A DNA stretch of 64,000 nucleotides from an uncultured Prevotella sp. Lineage in GTDB: Bacteria; Bacteroidota; Bacteroidia; Bacteroidales; Bacteroidaceae. The stretch spans positions 1,467-65,466 of the forward strand of contig URJQ01000001.1 in the NCBI GenBank assembly GCA_900548195.1, given 5' to 3'. The notes beneath the pieces are model-generated. The model was not told the DNA's origin, did not search any database, and was given only the letters and a program-made list of their open reading frames with translations. Shown here in pieces: positions 10,701 to 19,583 of the stretch (position 1 is the stretch's first letter; each line of letters begins with the position of its first letter). The translations under genes were made by a program, and so were the position numbers.

Positions 10701-10982
10701 GTCCTTATCCTGATAGCCTACGTAGCTCACTACGAGCACGGCATTTGAAGAAACGGAAATCTGGAAGTTACCATCAATGTCGGTTACTGCACCAGTGCTG
10801 GAATCTTTCACCTTGACAGTAGCACCGACAAGCGGTTCGCCATTCTGGTCAACTACTTGTCCCTTGACCGTAATAGTCTGGGGCGCATGGGCTACAGCTG
10901 CCATCAATGGGGTAGGGCAAACGCTAAGTCCGCCTCCCATGATGCTGAGTCCCAACATCATTGAGAATAGTTGCTTTTGCAT
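7767..10982 (-). CDS. susC: SusC/RagA TonB-dependent transporter
   Basis: VVVVGYGTQKKADLTGSV, PLYVVDG, IQVLKDASAAAIYGSRAANGVIIITTK; ends in Phe. Confidence 0.96.
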   Translation of the reverse strand: MQKQLFSMMLGLSIMGGGLSVCPTPLMAAVAHAPQTITVKGQVVDQNGEPLVGATVKVKDSSTGAVTDIDGNFQISVSSNAVLVVSYVGYQDKDVAVRGRAIIEQIQLNADETILDQVVVVGYGTQKKADLTGSVSIVNADEMKKVSHSNISSMLEGKVAGVQITSDGQPGADPSVRIRGIGTFGAQAPLYVVDGVPMGTTIRDFSPNDIASIQVLKDASAAAIYGSRAANGVIIITTKNGQKEQPLKVDYKGYIGIDKISDGVFDVMNADQYSQYLGQACLNSNTPIPGGYKLNEETGKYQFMDDTNTDWFNEVFKTGVRQNHNVNLSGGGANNTYNIGLDYFSQKGTLEGAGPNFERFTARVNNTMDVKFVKFRTSLVYSHSDQDNMAISNANEYVQGLYGDVSNVLRSTLLMQPTIKAYNNSTWVLDGTVGAANSFRYDAYGYGVYYDNIHGDISASNPLLVNNLMERNTLVDRFVGTASADVDLLDMLGIKSKNHKLNYKINLSYSKTHAQDHTWIPAWIQSNRVYLDKSNERLTKKSRTYADALIENILTYDGTFGKHHVNLVAGQTYEEENSNTLTGWGINLSEPYYLQLQNSKTTHSESSETKHALASYIGRLNYDFDGKYLISGVIRRDGSSRLSKNIRWETFPSVSAGWRFDKESFFPISHDIINMFKVRGSYGVLGNENIGEYQFQGTMNRNNLVYNFGNNVVYGSAVSNFINENIAWEKKKSTNVGIDLALFNNRLEFTAEWYKNVSEDLLYAVPVPANAGVDNETVTMNAASMENSGFEFSATYRNHDHPLKFEVSANLSTLKNKVTSLGFGTKEYITGAYITRVGHEVGQFYGYVYQGIARTQEDIDNHINDKGEVITQEGMNIGDCLYKDVNNDGVINSEDQVVLGSGLPKVNFGLSAHFEYKGFDLSISTYGALNFHVTDDLQNSLTSCYGYSNKAVSMLEANRWSEDGSTYLSNTPRTYITSNGEAWNNYFSDRMIQNAAYWKIANVELGYNFPNKWFKGVVSGVRAYVSAQNLHTFTGYKGYNVDFAGGVFTPGYNFCSFPSAKSFMAGILFTF

Positions 10983-11160
10983 CTTGAATTTGTTTTAGTT
11001 AGTATAATGATTAGTTAATAATCGGTTGTAATAATGTATAATAACAGAATAATCTGACTATTCCAATTATGACACGGTCCACACAGGATATTATATCTTG
11101 GAATATTGAAGTGGTGTAGTTAGTTTCGTTATATTATAATGATATTGAAGTTAGTGAATG

Positions 11161-11168
11161 CAAAGTTA
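11161..11168 (-). promoter_or_regulatory. -7 promoter element for the susC operon
   Basis: TAACTTTG on the minus strand. Confidence 0.6.
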
Positions 11169-11239
11169 TATTTTTTTTTAATATTCCAAAGAAATACTGA
11201 GAAAATTGTAAAAAATACAATTAAAAACATGCTTTTTTC

Positions 11240-11267
11240 AAAGTGTATGTGTCAATATTACACTTTT
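11240..11267. promoter_or_regulatory. Candidate operator (GTGT-N7-ACAC, NrtR/AraR-type) between divergent promoters
   Basis: AAAGTGTATGTGTCAATATTACACTTTT: GTGT(11249-52)-N7-ACAC(11260-63) plus an outer dyad AAAGTGTA/TACACTTT. Confidence 0.45.
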
Positions 11268-11324
11268 ATGCTTGCTTTTTCCCCTTTTTCCCCTTTTATT
11301 TTTTTCTCTGTTATTTATTTTTAC

Positions 11325-11332
11325 TATATTTG
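11325..11332 (+). promoter_or_regulatory. -7 promoter element for the GH51 gene
   Basis: TATATTTG followed by CAC, about 110 nt upstream of ATG 11444. Confidence 0.6.
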
Positions 11333-11443
11333 CACTCGAAAGATAAAGGCATGGATTATCATGCTTCTTTCCTACTTATTAACAAAAATAGTTACACCTA
11401 TTTATATATATATAATTAACTGCTCTAAAAAACTAACCCCAAC

Positions 11444-13462
11444 ATGAAAAAGAAATTATTCCTTGCTTCCTTGGCTCTTGCCTCGGCTTTAGGCTCTTTT
11501 GCCCAGAGCAATGAGATGGTCATACAGACCAAGAAGGTAGGTGCTCCTATCCAGAGCACTATGTACGGTATCTTCTTTGAAGACATAAATTACGCTGCCG
11601 ACGGTGGTCTCTATGCCGAGATGATAAAGAATCGCTCATTCGAGTTTCCTAATCCGTTTATGGGATGGATTCCTTTCGGAAAATTCCAGGTGCTGGATCA
11701 GGGTGGTCCGTTTGATCGTAACCCTCACTATGTGCGTCTCTCTGACCCTGGTCATCCGCACAAGCGCACTGGTATAGAGAATGAAGGATTCTTCGGAGTG
11801 GCTGTCAAGAAGGACGCTACTTACCGCTTCTCTCTCTATGCTCGCTGTCCGGAAGGCGGTAAAGCCGTGCTTCAGGTGCAGCTCGTGGATAATGATACAA
11901 TGGGTGAACATCAGGAGTTTACCTCTGACGACATCAATGTGGAAGGCAAGGAATGGAAAAAATACACCGTCACCATCAAGTCGCGCAAGACTATGGACGA
12001 CGCTCATCTTCGCATATTCCTCGCTCATGCCAAGGGCGAAGACTTCTGGTCGCCAATCTCTTCCGTAGATATTGAGCACGTGAGCATGTTCCCTACAGAC
12101 ACTTGGAAGGGTCGTGAGAACGGTATGCGCAAAGACCTCGCTCAGGCTCTTGCTGACCTTCACCCTGGCGTATTCCGCTTCCCTGGTGGCTGTATCGTCG
12201 AGGGAACCGACTTGAATCAGCGTTATCAGTGGAAAAACTCTGTAGGTCCGGTGGAAAACCGTCCGCTCAATGAAAACCGTTGGGAGAATACTTTCCCTTA
12301 CCGTCTATATCCTGACTATCATCAGACTTACGGACTTGGCTTTTTCGAGTTCTTCCAGCTCTGTGAGGACTTCGGTTGCGATGCCCTTCCTGTGATTTCC
12401 TGCGGACTGGCTTGTCAGTTCCAGAATGAGATAAAGGACGAGAAGACCTGCCACGTGGCGCTCGATGACCTCGAACCTTACATCCAGGATGCTCTCGATC
12501 TCATCGAGTTTGCTAACGGAGATGTGAACACTAAGTGGGGAAAAGTGCGTGCCGACATGGGGCATCCTGCTCCTTTCAATCTGCGATTCCTCGGTATCGG
12601 CAATGAGCAGTGGGACTATAAAGACAATCCAGCCTTCACCAGCCGACTCAAGAAATTCCTTGACGTGCTGAAGAAGAAGCACCCGGAAATCAAGTATATT
12701 GGCACTACTGGCCCTGACTCTGAAGGTGAAAAGTTCCGTATGCTCCAACCTAAGATGAAGGAAATGAAGGTGGACCTCTATGATGAGCATTTCTATCGCA
12801 ATGAGAAATGGTTTACTGACTCCATCAACCGTCACCGTTATGACAACTATGACCGCAAGGGTCCAAAGATTTTTGCTGGTGAATACGCTTGTCATGGTAA
12901 GGGAAAGAAGTGGAACCACTTTAATGCTGCCCTTCTCGAAGCTGCTTTCATGACCGGATATGAGCGCAATGCCGACGTTGTCCACATGGCTACTTACGCT
13001 CCGCTCTTCGCTCACGTGAAGGGATGGCAGTGGCGTCCAGACATGATATGGTATGACAACCTCAATTCTTTCCGCACTTGCTCTTACTGGGTGCAGTATC
13101 TCTATTCTCACTATAAGGGCACTAATGTTCTCCCTCTCACTATGAACAAGAAGGTGGTGGCTGGTGATTCCGACCAGAATGGACTCTCTGCTTCTGCCGT
13201 TGTCAATAAGGCGACTGGAGAAATCTACGTCAAAGTGGCGAATATCAGTGACAAGGCACAGCCTGTAAAGCTCAATCTTAAGGGCATAAAGAAACTCACT
13301 TCTGGAAAGGTCATCACCCTTACAAGCAGTAATCCTATAGCTGAGAACTCCCTCAAGAACCCTGATCTCATCCGTCCAGTGGAGAAGGAAATCAGCGTTT
13401 CTGGTGCAGTGCTCGACACAGAGGTGCCTGCTTCCACTTTCGCAGTGTATGTTCTGAAATAA
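11444..13462 (+). CDS. GH51 alpha-L-arabinofuranosidase
   Basis: Signal peptide; GIFFEDINYAADGGLYAE, FRFPGGC, GIGNEQW (acid/base), AGEYA (nucleophile), MATYAPLF. Confidence 0.93.
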   Translation: MKKKLFLASLALASALGSFAQSNEMVIQTKKVGAPIQSTMYGIFFEDINYAADGGLYAEMIKNRSFEFPNPFMGWIPFGKFQVLDQGGPFDRNPHYVRLSDPGHPHKRTGIENEGFFGVAVKKDATYRFSLYARCPEGGKAVLQVQLVDNDTMGEHQEFTSDDINVEGKEWKKYTVTIKSRKTMDDAHLRIFLAHAKGEDFWSPISSVDIEHVSMFPTDTWKGRENGMRKDLAQALADLHPGVFRFPGGCIVEGTDLNQRYQWKNSVGPVENRPLNENRWENTFPYRLYPDYHQTYGLGFFEFFQLCEDFGCDALPVISCGLACQFQNEIKDEKTCHVALDDLEPYIQDALDLIEFANGDVNTKWGKVRADMGHPAPFNLRFLGIGNEQWDYKDNPAFTSRLKKFLDVLKKKHPEIKYIGTTGPDSEGEKFRMLQPKMKEMKVDLYDEHFYRNEKWFTDSINRHRYDNYDRKGPKIFAGEYACHGKGKKWNHFNAALLEAAFMTGYERNADVVHMATYAPLFAHVKGWQWRPDMIWYDNLNSFRTCSYWVQYLYSHYKGTNVLPLTMNKKVVAGDSDQNGLSASAVVNKATGEIYVKVANISDKAQPVKLNLKGIKKLTSGKVITLTSSNPIAENSLKNPDLIRPVEKEISVSGAVLDTEVPASTFAVYVLK

Positions 13463-13527
13463 GACTTCATCTTTCCGTCTTTCAAGAAAAAAGGCAATAA
13501 TAAGGACGGAAAAATAGAACAAAAACT

Positions 13528-13679
13528 CGATTTCAAAGCTATTGTTTTCCAATAGCGAAGCTTTCGCGTTGCAATAACATAGATATTACAGTGTAAAAGC
13601 ATAGATATTACCCTCTAATAACTAAGCTTTTACACTGTAATATCTATGCTTTTGCAACGCTTTGATTTATAGATAGATA
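13528..13679. repeat. 22-bp-period palindromic array (6 units) plus abutting 25-bp dyad
   Basis: Units start at 13528, 13550, 13572, 13594, 13616 and 13638; dyad CAA-CGCTT-TGA-TTT-ATA-GATAG-ATA at 13655-13679. Confidence 0.85.
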
Positions 13680-13985
13680 CCAAGCCTTTATTTCTCTACC
13701 TCTGTAATCCGGGAAAATAGGACAATTTTCCCTTCTCGATAACCATAGAAATACCCCTCCATCCCCGCTTTTATCCCCTTCATCCCCACATATATCCCCA
13801 TAAACAGCAAGTGTAACCAAAGGTCACGGTGCCAACGGCTTTTACCGTTGGCTTGTCCTTTCCTCCATCCTCACTCCCAAGCAAATATCCCATCATTCGC
13901 CCAGAAGATATTACAAACACCTCAAGAAATAAGGGAAGAATGAGAAAAAACAAGAAACTAATTTGGCATTGACATTTTTTATTTG

Positions 13986-13993
13986 TAATTTTG
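13986..13993 (+). promoter_or_regulatory. -7 promoter element
   Basis: TAATTTTG about 36 nt upstream of ATG 14030. Confidence 0.55.
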
Positions 13994-14029
13994 TAGGCTC
14001 AAATAGATAAGTACTTTAAACATAAACTT

Positions 14030-14953
14030 ATGAAACCTACACTTTTTCTACTCGCTGCAGGCATGGGAAGCCGTTACGGTGGTCTGAAGCAGTTGGACGG
14101 TCTTGGCCCTAACGGCGAGACTATTATGGACTATAGTATTTACGATGCAATCCAGGCTGGCTTCGGCAAAATCGTCTGGGTTATCCGAAAGGACTTCGAA
14201 GAGCAGTTCCGTACTCAGATTCTCTCTAAGTATGAGGGAAAAATCAAGTGCGAGCTTTGCTTCCAGAGCATTGACGCTCTGCCGGAAGGATTCACTGTAC
14301 CTGAAGGTCGTCAGAAGCCTTGGGGCACTAATCACGCTGTGCTCATGGGTAAGGACATCATCAAGGAGCCTTTCTGCGTAATCAACTGTGATGACTTCTA
14401 TAATCGTGACGCATTCATGGTAATAGGCAAATTCCTCGCAGACCTTCCAGAAAATGCAAAAGGACAGTATGCCATGGTAGGTTTCCGCGTAGGTAATACC
14501 CTTAGCGAAAACGGTACTGTAAGCCGTGGTATCTGCTCAAAGGATGCTAATGGCAACCTCACCACTTGCGTAGAGCGCACCAAGATTGCTCGTCTCGAAG
14601 ATGGTTCTGTGGCTTATCGTGCTGACAACAAGGAAGATGGTGAATGGGTAGGCGTAGAGGAAAACGCCCCTGTAAGCATGAATATGTGGGGCTTCACTCC
14701 TGACTATTTCCAGTATTCTGAGGAATATTTCAAGGAGTTCCTTTCTGATCCTGCTAATATCGCCAACCTCAAGTCCGAGTTCTTCATTCCATTGATGGTC
14801 AATAAGCTTATCAATGACGGAACTGCTACATGCAAGGTGCTTGACACCACCAGCAAGTGGTTTGGCGTAACTTATTCAGAGGACCGTCCTGACACAGTGG
14901 CTCGTATTGCCAAGCTCGTAGAGGAAGGCGTTTATCCAGAGAAGCTCTTCTAA
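14030..14953 (+). CDS. Sugar-phosphate nucleotidyltransferase family protein
   Basis: LLAAGMGSRYGGLKQ signature; PWGTNHA; INCDDFY. Confidence 0.88.
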   Translation: MKPTLFLLAAGMGSRYGGLKQLDGLGPNGETIMDYSIYDAIQAGFGKIVWVIRKDFEEQFRTQILSKYEGKIKCELCFQSIDALPEGFTVPEGRQKPWGTNHAVLMGKDIIKEPFCVINCDDFYNRDAFMVIGKFLADLPENAKGQYAMVGFRVGNTLSENGTVSRGICSKDANGNLTTCVERTKIARLEDGSVAYRADNKEDGEWVGVEENAPVSMNMWGFTPDYFQYSEEYFKEFLSDPANIANLKSEFFIPLMVNKLINDGTATCKVLDTTSKWFGVTYSEDRPDTVARIAKLVEEGVYPEKLF

Positions 14954-15003
14954 TTCAATAGCTTGCTTCCACAGTCTCCTTTTTCTCACAGAAAAAACTA
15001 AAT

Positions 15004-16038
15004 ATGAATTTGAACATACTGAATGAGGCCGACTTGGCGCGGCTTCGTGATATAGTGGCCGAGGCTGAGCGCGTGCTTATCCTCGGCCATGTCAATGCAG
15101 ACGGAGATGCTATCGGCTCATGTCTTACGTGGGCTGAATATCTCAGAAGACAAGGAAAGATAGCTAATATCGTAGTGCCTGACCAGTTTCCCGACTTCCT
15201 CAGATGGATGCCGGGCATAGAGCGTATTATTCGATATGATAAAGTGCCGCAGACGGTCGATAAACTCTTTGCTGAAAGCGACACAATATTCTGCCTTGAC
15301 TTCAACACTCCTTCCCGCATTACTGATGAATTGGGCGAGAAACTCGTCGCTGCACCTGGGCGTAAGGTGCTCATTGACCATCATTTAGGTCCTGATGTGA
15401 ATACTGTGCTTACCATTTCACATCCTGATATGAGTTCTACAGCCGAACTCGTATTCCGACTTATCCACCAACTCGGAGGATATGAGGACATGACAAAGAA
15501 TATGGCTGTGACGGCTTACTGCGGAATGATGACTGATACAGGTGGATTTACATTCAATTCCACCCGTCCTGAGATATTCCTTATTATCAGTCTTCTGCTC
15601 GCAAAAGGCATTGATAAGGATAAGATTTACCGCAATGTATTCAATACATTCAGCCAAAGCAGACTACGTCTGACTGGCTATGTGCTATATGAAAAGCTCA
15701 ATGTACTGGCTCCATTACACGCCTCATATTACGTTATTACAAAGGAAGAGCAGAAACGCTTCAATTACATCAAAGGCGATGCAGAGGGACTTGTCAATAT
15801 GCCACTGCAGATGAAGGGGCATAGACTCTCCATCTCTTTGCGCGAAGACAGCGAGAAACATAATACTATATGGCTTAGCCTCAGAAGTGTCGATGACTTC
15901 CCTTGCAATGAAATGGCAGCTCGCTTCTTCAATGGAGGCGGACATAAGAATGCTTCTGGTGGCAAACTCTTCTGCTCTGTCGAGGAAGCTGAAAAGATAG
16001 TGATTGACGCTATACGCGCTTATTCCCACCTCTTGTAG
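15004..16038 (+). CDS. nrnA: DHH family phosphoesterase (NrnA-like oligoribonuclease/pAp phosphatase)
   Basis: HVNADGDAIGS, CLDFN, LIDHH, TDTGGF, GGGHKNASG. Confidence 0.85.
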   Translation: MNLNILNEADLARLRDIVAEAERVLILGHVNADGDAIGSCLTWAEYLRRQGKIANIVVPDQFPDFLRWMPGIERIIRYDKVPQTVDKLFAESDTIFCLDFNTPSRITDELGEKLVAAPGRKVLIDHHLGPDVNTVLTISHPDMSSTAELVFRLIHQLGGYEDMTKNMAVTAYCGMMTDTGGFTFNSTRPEIFLIISLLLAKGIDKDKIYRNVFNTFSQSRLRLTGYVLYEKLNVLAPLHASYYVITKEEQKRFNYIKGDAEGLVNMPLQMKGHRLSISLREDSEKHNTIWLSLRSVDDFPCNEMAARFFNGGGHKNASGGKLFCSVEEAEKIVIDAIRAYSHLL

Positions 16039-16160
16039 GCTGGAAATCGTGGAAAAGTTGCCGATAGCTTTCATTTTCTTCATTTTAATTAACTGTTCGT
16101 TTTACGATATTTGCTCCTTTTTTCGTAACTTTGCACCCGAAACTGTGTAATATATTATAA

Positions 16161-16802
16161 ATGAAAAAAATACTTTATACTTTATTGTGCGCTGTCGTTG
16201 CAGTCACAATGACTTCTTGTGACGATGTAGAGACATACGCAGAACAGCGTGATGCAGAGCGTGCAGCTATCTCCAAGTATCTTGTTGACCATAAGATTAA
16301 GGTGATATCAGAGAAGGAATTCCTCGCTAATGATACCACTACAGACGTATCAAAGAATGAGTATGTGCTCTTTGAGAGCTCTGGTGTCTATATGCAGATT
16401 GTCAATCGTGGATGTGGCGAAATCCTTAAGAAAGGCGAAAGTGCTGACGTGCTCACCCGTTTCAAGGAGTATAATGTCAATGGTGACTCTCTTCAGTTGA
16501 CTAATATGAGTCTCACCACCGGCTATCTCTGCGATAAATATAATGTGAAGAATACCAGTGGTTCATTCACAGCATCGTTCGATACCAGGTCAAGCCTTAT
16601 GTATTTGGCGTACAGCAGCGCATCTGTTCCTGCTGGATGGCTCGTACCGCTGTCATATATCCGCCTCGGACGTCCTGCTGAAGAAGGGGACGAAATAGCC
16701 AAGGTGAAACTCCTTGTGCCTCATGATCAGGGACATCAGTATGCCAGCAAGGGAGTATATGCTTGCTTCTACGAATTGTCTTACCAGAGAGGGCTCAACT
16801 AA
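16161..16802 (+). CDS. Conserved lipoprotein (DUF4827-like, FKBP-like fold)
   Basis: Lipobox MTSC; ETYAEQRDAERAAI, SGVYMQIV, VPAGWLVPL; own TAACTTTG element at 16126-16133. Confidence 0.7.
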   Translation: MKKILYTLLCAVVAVTMTSCDDVETYAEQRDAERAAISKYLVDHKIKVISEKEFLANDTTTDVSKNEYVLFESSGVYMQIVNRGCGEILKKGESADVLTRFKEYNVNGDSLQLTNMSLTTGYLCDKYNVKNTSGSFTASFDTRSSLMYLAYSSASVPAGWLVPLSYIRLGRPAEEGDEIAKVKLLVPHDQGHQYASKGVYACFYELSYQRGLN

Positions 16803-16881
16803 TCTTGCGCCTCTAAAATCCGATTTCAGCCCTGTGGGACTTGGACAAATCTCACATCGCCATACAAAAACGTAAATAGAC

Positions 16882-18270
16882 ATGACACTGATTAAATCAA
16901 TTTCAGGCATCCGAGGTACTATCGGAGGTCCTGCCGGGGATACTCTAAATCCTCTTGACATAGTAAAGTTTACTTCAGCATACGCTACTTTCATCCGTAA
17001 GAGTACAAAGAATGCGTCAAACAAGATTGTTGTCGGTCGCGATGCGCGTATCTCTGGCGAGATGGTGAAGAATGTAGTCTGCGGAACATTGATGGGAATG
17101 GGATATGATGTCATAAATATCGGACTGGCATCTACTCCTACTACTGAGCTCGCAGTGACAATGGCTGGCGCTGATGGTGGCATTATCATCACTGCAAGTC
17201 ATAATCCACGCCATTGGAACGCATTGAAATTGCTCAATTCTCGCGGTGAATTCCTTACCGCGGCTGATGGTAATGAGGTTCTCTCTATTGCTGAGGCTGA
17301 GGCTTTCGAATATGCTGACGTTGACCACATGGGCAAATATTCAGAAGAAAATTTCGACGACCGTCATGTGGAGTCTGTGCTTAATCTCAAACTTGCTGAT
17401 GTTGAGGCTATTAAGAAAGCGCATTTCCGTGTAATCGTTGATTCTATCAACTCTGTTGGAGGCATTATTTTGCCAAAGCTTCTCGACCGTCTCGGAGTGG
17501 AATATACCTTCCTCAACGGCGAAGCAAATGGTGATTTTGCCCATAATCCAGAGCCATTGGAGAAGAATCTCGGTGGTATCATGGGCGAACTCGCAAAGGG
17601 TGGCTATGACCTTGGTATCGTAGTCGATCCTGATGTTGACCGTCTTGCCTTCATTTGTGAGGATGGAAAGATGTTTGGTGAGGAATATACACTCGTCAGT
17701 GTGGCTGACTATGTTCTCTCACATACTCCTGGCGCTACTGTAAGCAATCTGAGTAGTACCCGTGCTCTCCGCGATATAACAGAGAAGCATGGTGGTGTCT
17801 ATACCGCAGCTGCTGTGGGTGAAGTAAATGTTACCACTAAGATGCGTGAAGTTGGCGCTGTCATTGGTGGCGAAGGAAATGGTGGAGTAATCTATCCAAA
17901 AAGCCATTATGGACGTGATGCCCTCGTGGGAATCGCTCTCTTCCTTTCTTCTCTCGCACAGAAGGGTGTGAAAGTCAGCGAACTCAGAAAGACTTTCCCT
18001 GAGTATTTCATTGCTAAGAATCGCATTGACCTTACTCCAACCACTGATGTTGATGCTATCCTCATGAAAGTGAAGGAGATGTTTGCTGCTCAAAAGGATG
18101 CTTCTGTCAATGATATTGATGGTGTAAAGATTGATTTTCCTGACAAATGGGTACACCTCCGCAAGAGTAACACTGAGCCAATCATCCGCGTTTATTCTGA
18201 AGCACACACCATGGAAGAGGCTGAAGCCATCGGCAAGCAGCTCATGGACGTAGTCTATTCCTTCCAGTAA
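16882..18270 (+). CDS. glmM: Phosphoglucosamine mutase / phosphohexomutase
   Basis: SISGIRG, TASHNP phosphoserine loop, DPDVDR metal site, GGEGNGG, RKSNTEP. Confidence 0.9.
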   Translation: MTLIKSISGIRGTIGGPAGDTLNPLDIVKFTSAYATFIRKSTKNASNKIVVGRDARISGEMVKNVVCGTLMGMGYDVINIGLASTPTTELAVTMAGADGGIIITASHNPRHWNALKLLNSRGEFLTAADGNEVLSIAEAEAFEYADVDHMGKYSEENFDDRHVESVLNLKLADVEAIKKAHFRVIVDSINSVGGIILPKLLDRLGVEYTFLNGEANGDFAHNPEPLEKNLGGIMGELAKGGYDLGIVVDPDVDRLAFICEDGKMFGEEYTLVSVADYVLSHTPGATVSNLSSTRALRDITEKHGGVYTAAAVGEVNVTTKMREVGAVIGGEGNGGVIYPKSHYGRDALVGIALFLSSLAQKGVKVSELRKTFPEYFIAKNRIDLTPTTDVDAILMKVKEMFAAQKDASVNDIDGVKIDFPDKWVHLRKSNTEPIIRVYSEAHTMEEAEAIGKQLMDVVYSFQ

Positions 18271-18280
18271 CCGAACGATA

Positions 18281-18314
18281 GAGCCACTGTGTCAGCCGCG
18301 TTACCGGCTGATAT
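18281..18314 (+). repeat. REP-like element copy 1
   Basis: GAGCCACTGTGTCAGCCGCGTTACCGGCTGATAT; 33 nt identical (inverted) at 42733-42765; variant at 44753-44785. Confidence 0.8.
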
Positions 18315-18451
18315 TCGCATAGATACAAACGAAAATACAGGAAAACAAAGAATTACTCTGTTTTCCTGTATTTTCATTTGTTGTAATGACCTTCCCGCAA
18401 AAGCATAAAAAAGAAGGAAATCTCCATAGGAAACTTCCTTCTTATCTTTCG

Positions 18452-18525
18452 AGCCTCTTGTCGGATTCGAACCAACGACCCCGAGATTACAAATCACGTG
18501 CTCTGGCCAACTGAGCTAAAGAGGC
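18452..18525 (-). tRNA. tRNA-Thr(TGT)
   Basis: GCCTCTT acceptor stem, TAGCTCAGTTGG D arm, anticodon loop TTTGTAA, GGTTCGAATCC T arm; no encoded CCA. Confidence 0.95.
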
Positions 18526-18529
18526 GGGT

Positions 18530-18623
18530 GGGCAGCTACTTACATCGCGCCGCTACAACCAACTACCTTTGCTACGTTCCCGTCCTGGAGGATTCGAAGG
18601 GAGCTGGCCGTGCAAGACTGCCC
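18530..18623 (-). ncRNA. ffs: Small bacterial SRP RNA (4.5S)
   Basis: Long hairpin closed by GGGCAG/CTGCCC with domain IV motif CCAGG-ACG-GGAA-CGT-AGCA; TACCTTTG promoter at 18714-18721 (minus). Confidence 0.85.
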
Positions 18624-18938
18624 ATGTTTTTGACCTGCGAAAGCAAGCCTTTCAAGGGGCGAAAACCAAGCGTTCTCAATGCTATTGCTGAGCCGTTTTT
18701 GATTTTGCGAGTGCAAAGGTAATGCTTTTATTTGAGAAAAAAGAGTAAATCTCAAACTTTTAACTTCTATTAACGACATTAGCAATACTCCTAACGCAAT
18801 GCGAAAACACAAAAAAATACTTAAAATTAACCTTTTACTATGTAAAAACTTTCATTATATGATGCGTATATGACGAAAAATGAGTAACTTTGCAGAAAAT
18901 ATGTGCCTACCTATGGCATTGGTATAGTAATTAGAAAA

Positions 18939-19484
18939 ATGATAACAAGAGAAGAATATAAACAGTTGAAGGCTTTCGCTCGCGTCGATGGAGCTATCCT
19001 CGGCGTGATTATGATGGCCACTTTCATGGCATTCGTACATAGTTTCACGGATGCTTTCTGGCAGATAGCCTATATCATCGGCATTATTGTAGTGCCTGTT
19101 TTTGTGGCTTTAAGAGTGAGAAACTATCGTGATAAGATAGTAGAGAAAAGGGTTAGTTTCCGTCGTGCGGCAGGTTATTCCATGTTTTGCTTTGGCTATG
19201 CCTCACTCGTATTCTCGCTTTCAGTGCTCGTCTATCTCCAGTATTTTGATAATGGCACCCTCTTGATGGGATTGCAGGAATACTTCCGCACGCCAGAGAT
19301 GGCGCAAGCTATGAAGGCTTACGGTGTCGATGCTGCCACAATGAAGCAGGAAGTGGCTGCTCTTTCATCGCTCCGTCCTGTCGATGTCGCATTTACAATG
19401 ATTTCAAATACGCTTATGTCAGGCTTGTTCTGCAGCCTTATCATCGCAGTAATATCCCGACGTGAGCCACGAAGGGTGGCTTAA
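18939..19484 (+). CDS. Membrane protein (DUF4199-like)
   Basis: Four hydrophobic segments; likely start ATG 18939 (MITREEY); TAACTTTG at 18885-18892. Confidence 0.7.
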   Translation: MITREEYKQLKAFARVDGAILGVIMMATFMAFVHSFTDAFWQIAYIIGIIVVPVFVALRVRNYRDKIVEKRVSFRRAAGYSMFCFGYASLVFSLSVLVYLQYFDNGTLLMGLQEYFRTPEMAQAMKAYGVDAATMKQEVAALSSLRPVDVAFTMISNTLMSGLFCSLIIAVISRREPRRVA

Positions 19485-19583
19485 CCCGAATATCTTTGAA
19501 TAGTAAGTTAGTTTGCAGTTTGCATTTCGCTTGCCAATAGCAAAAGAAAAACTGCCAAATGACAAAATCACCAAACAACGAAA

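Noticed and set aside
12305..13552. 415-aa minus-strand ORF
   Set aside because: Antisense shadow of the GH51 gene with no motifs.
18255..18812. Small ORFs over 18255-18812
   Set aside because: The region is explained by tRNA-Thr, SRP RNA and their promoter.
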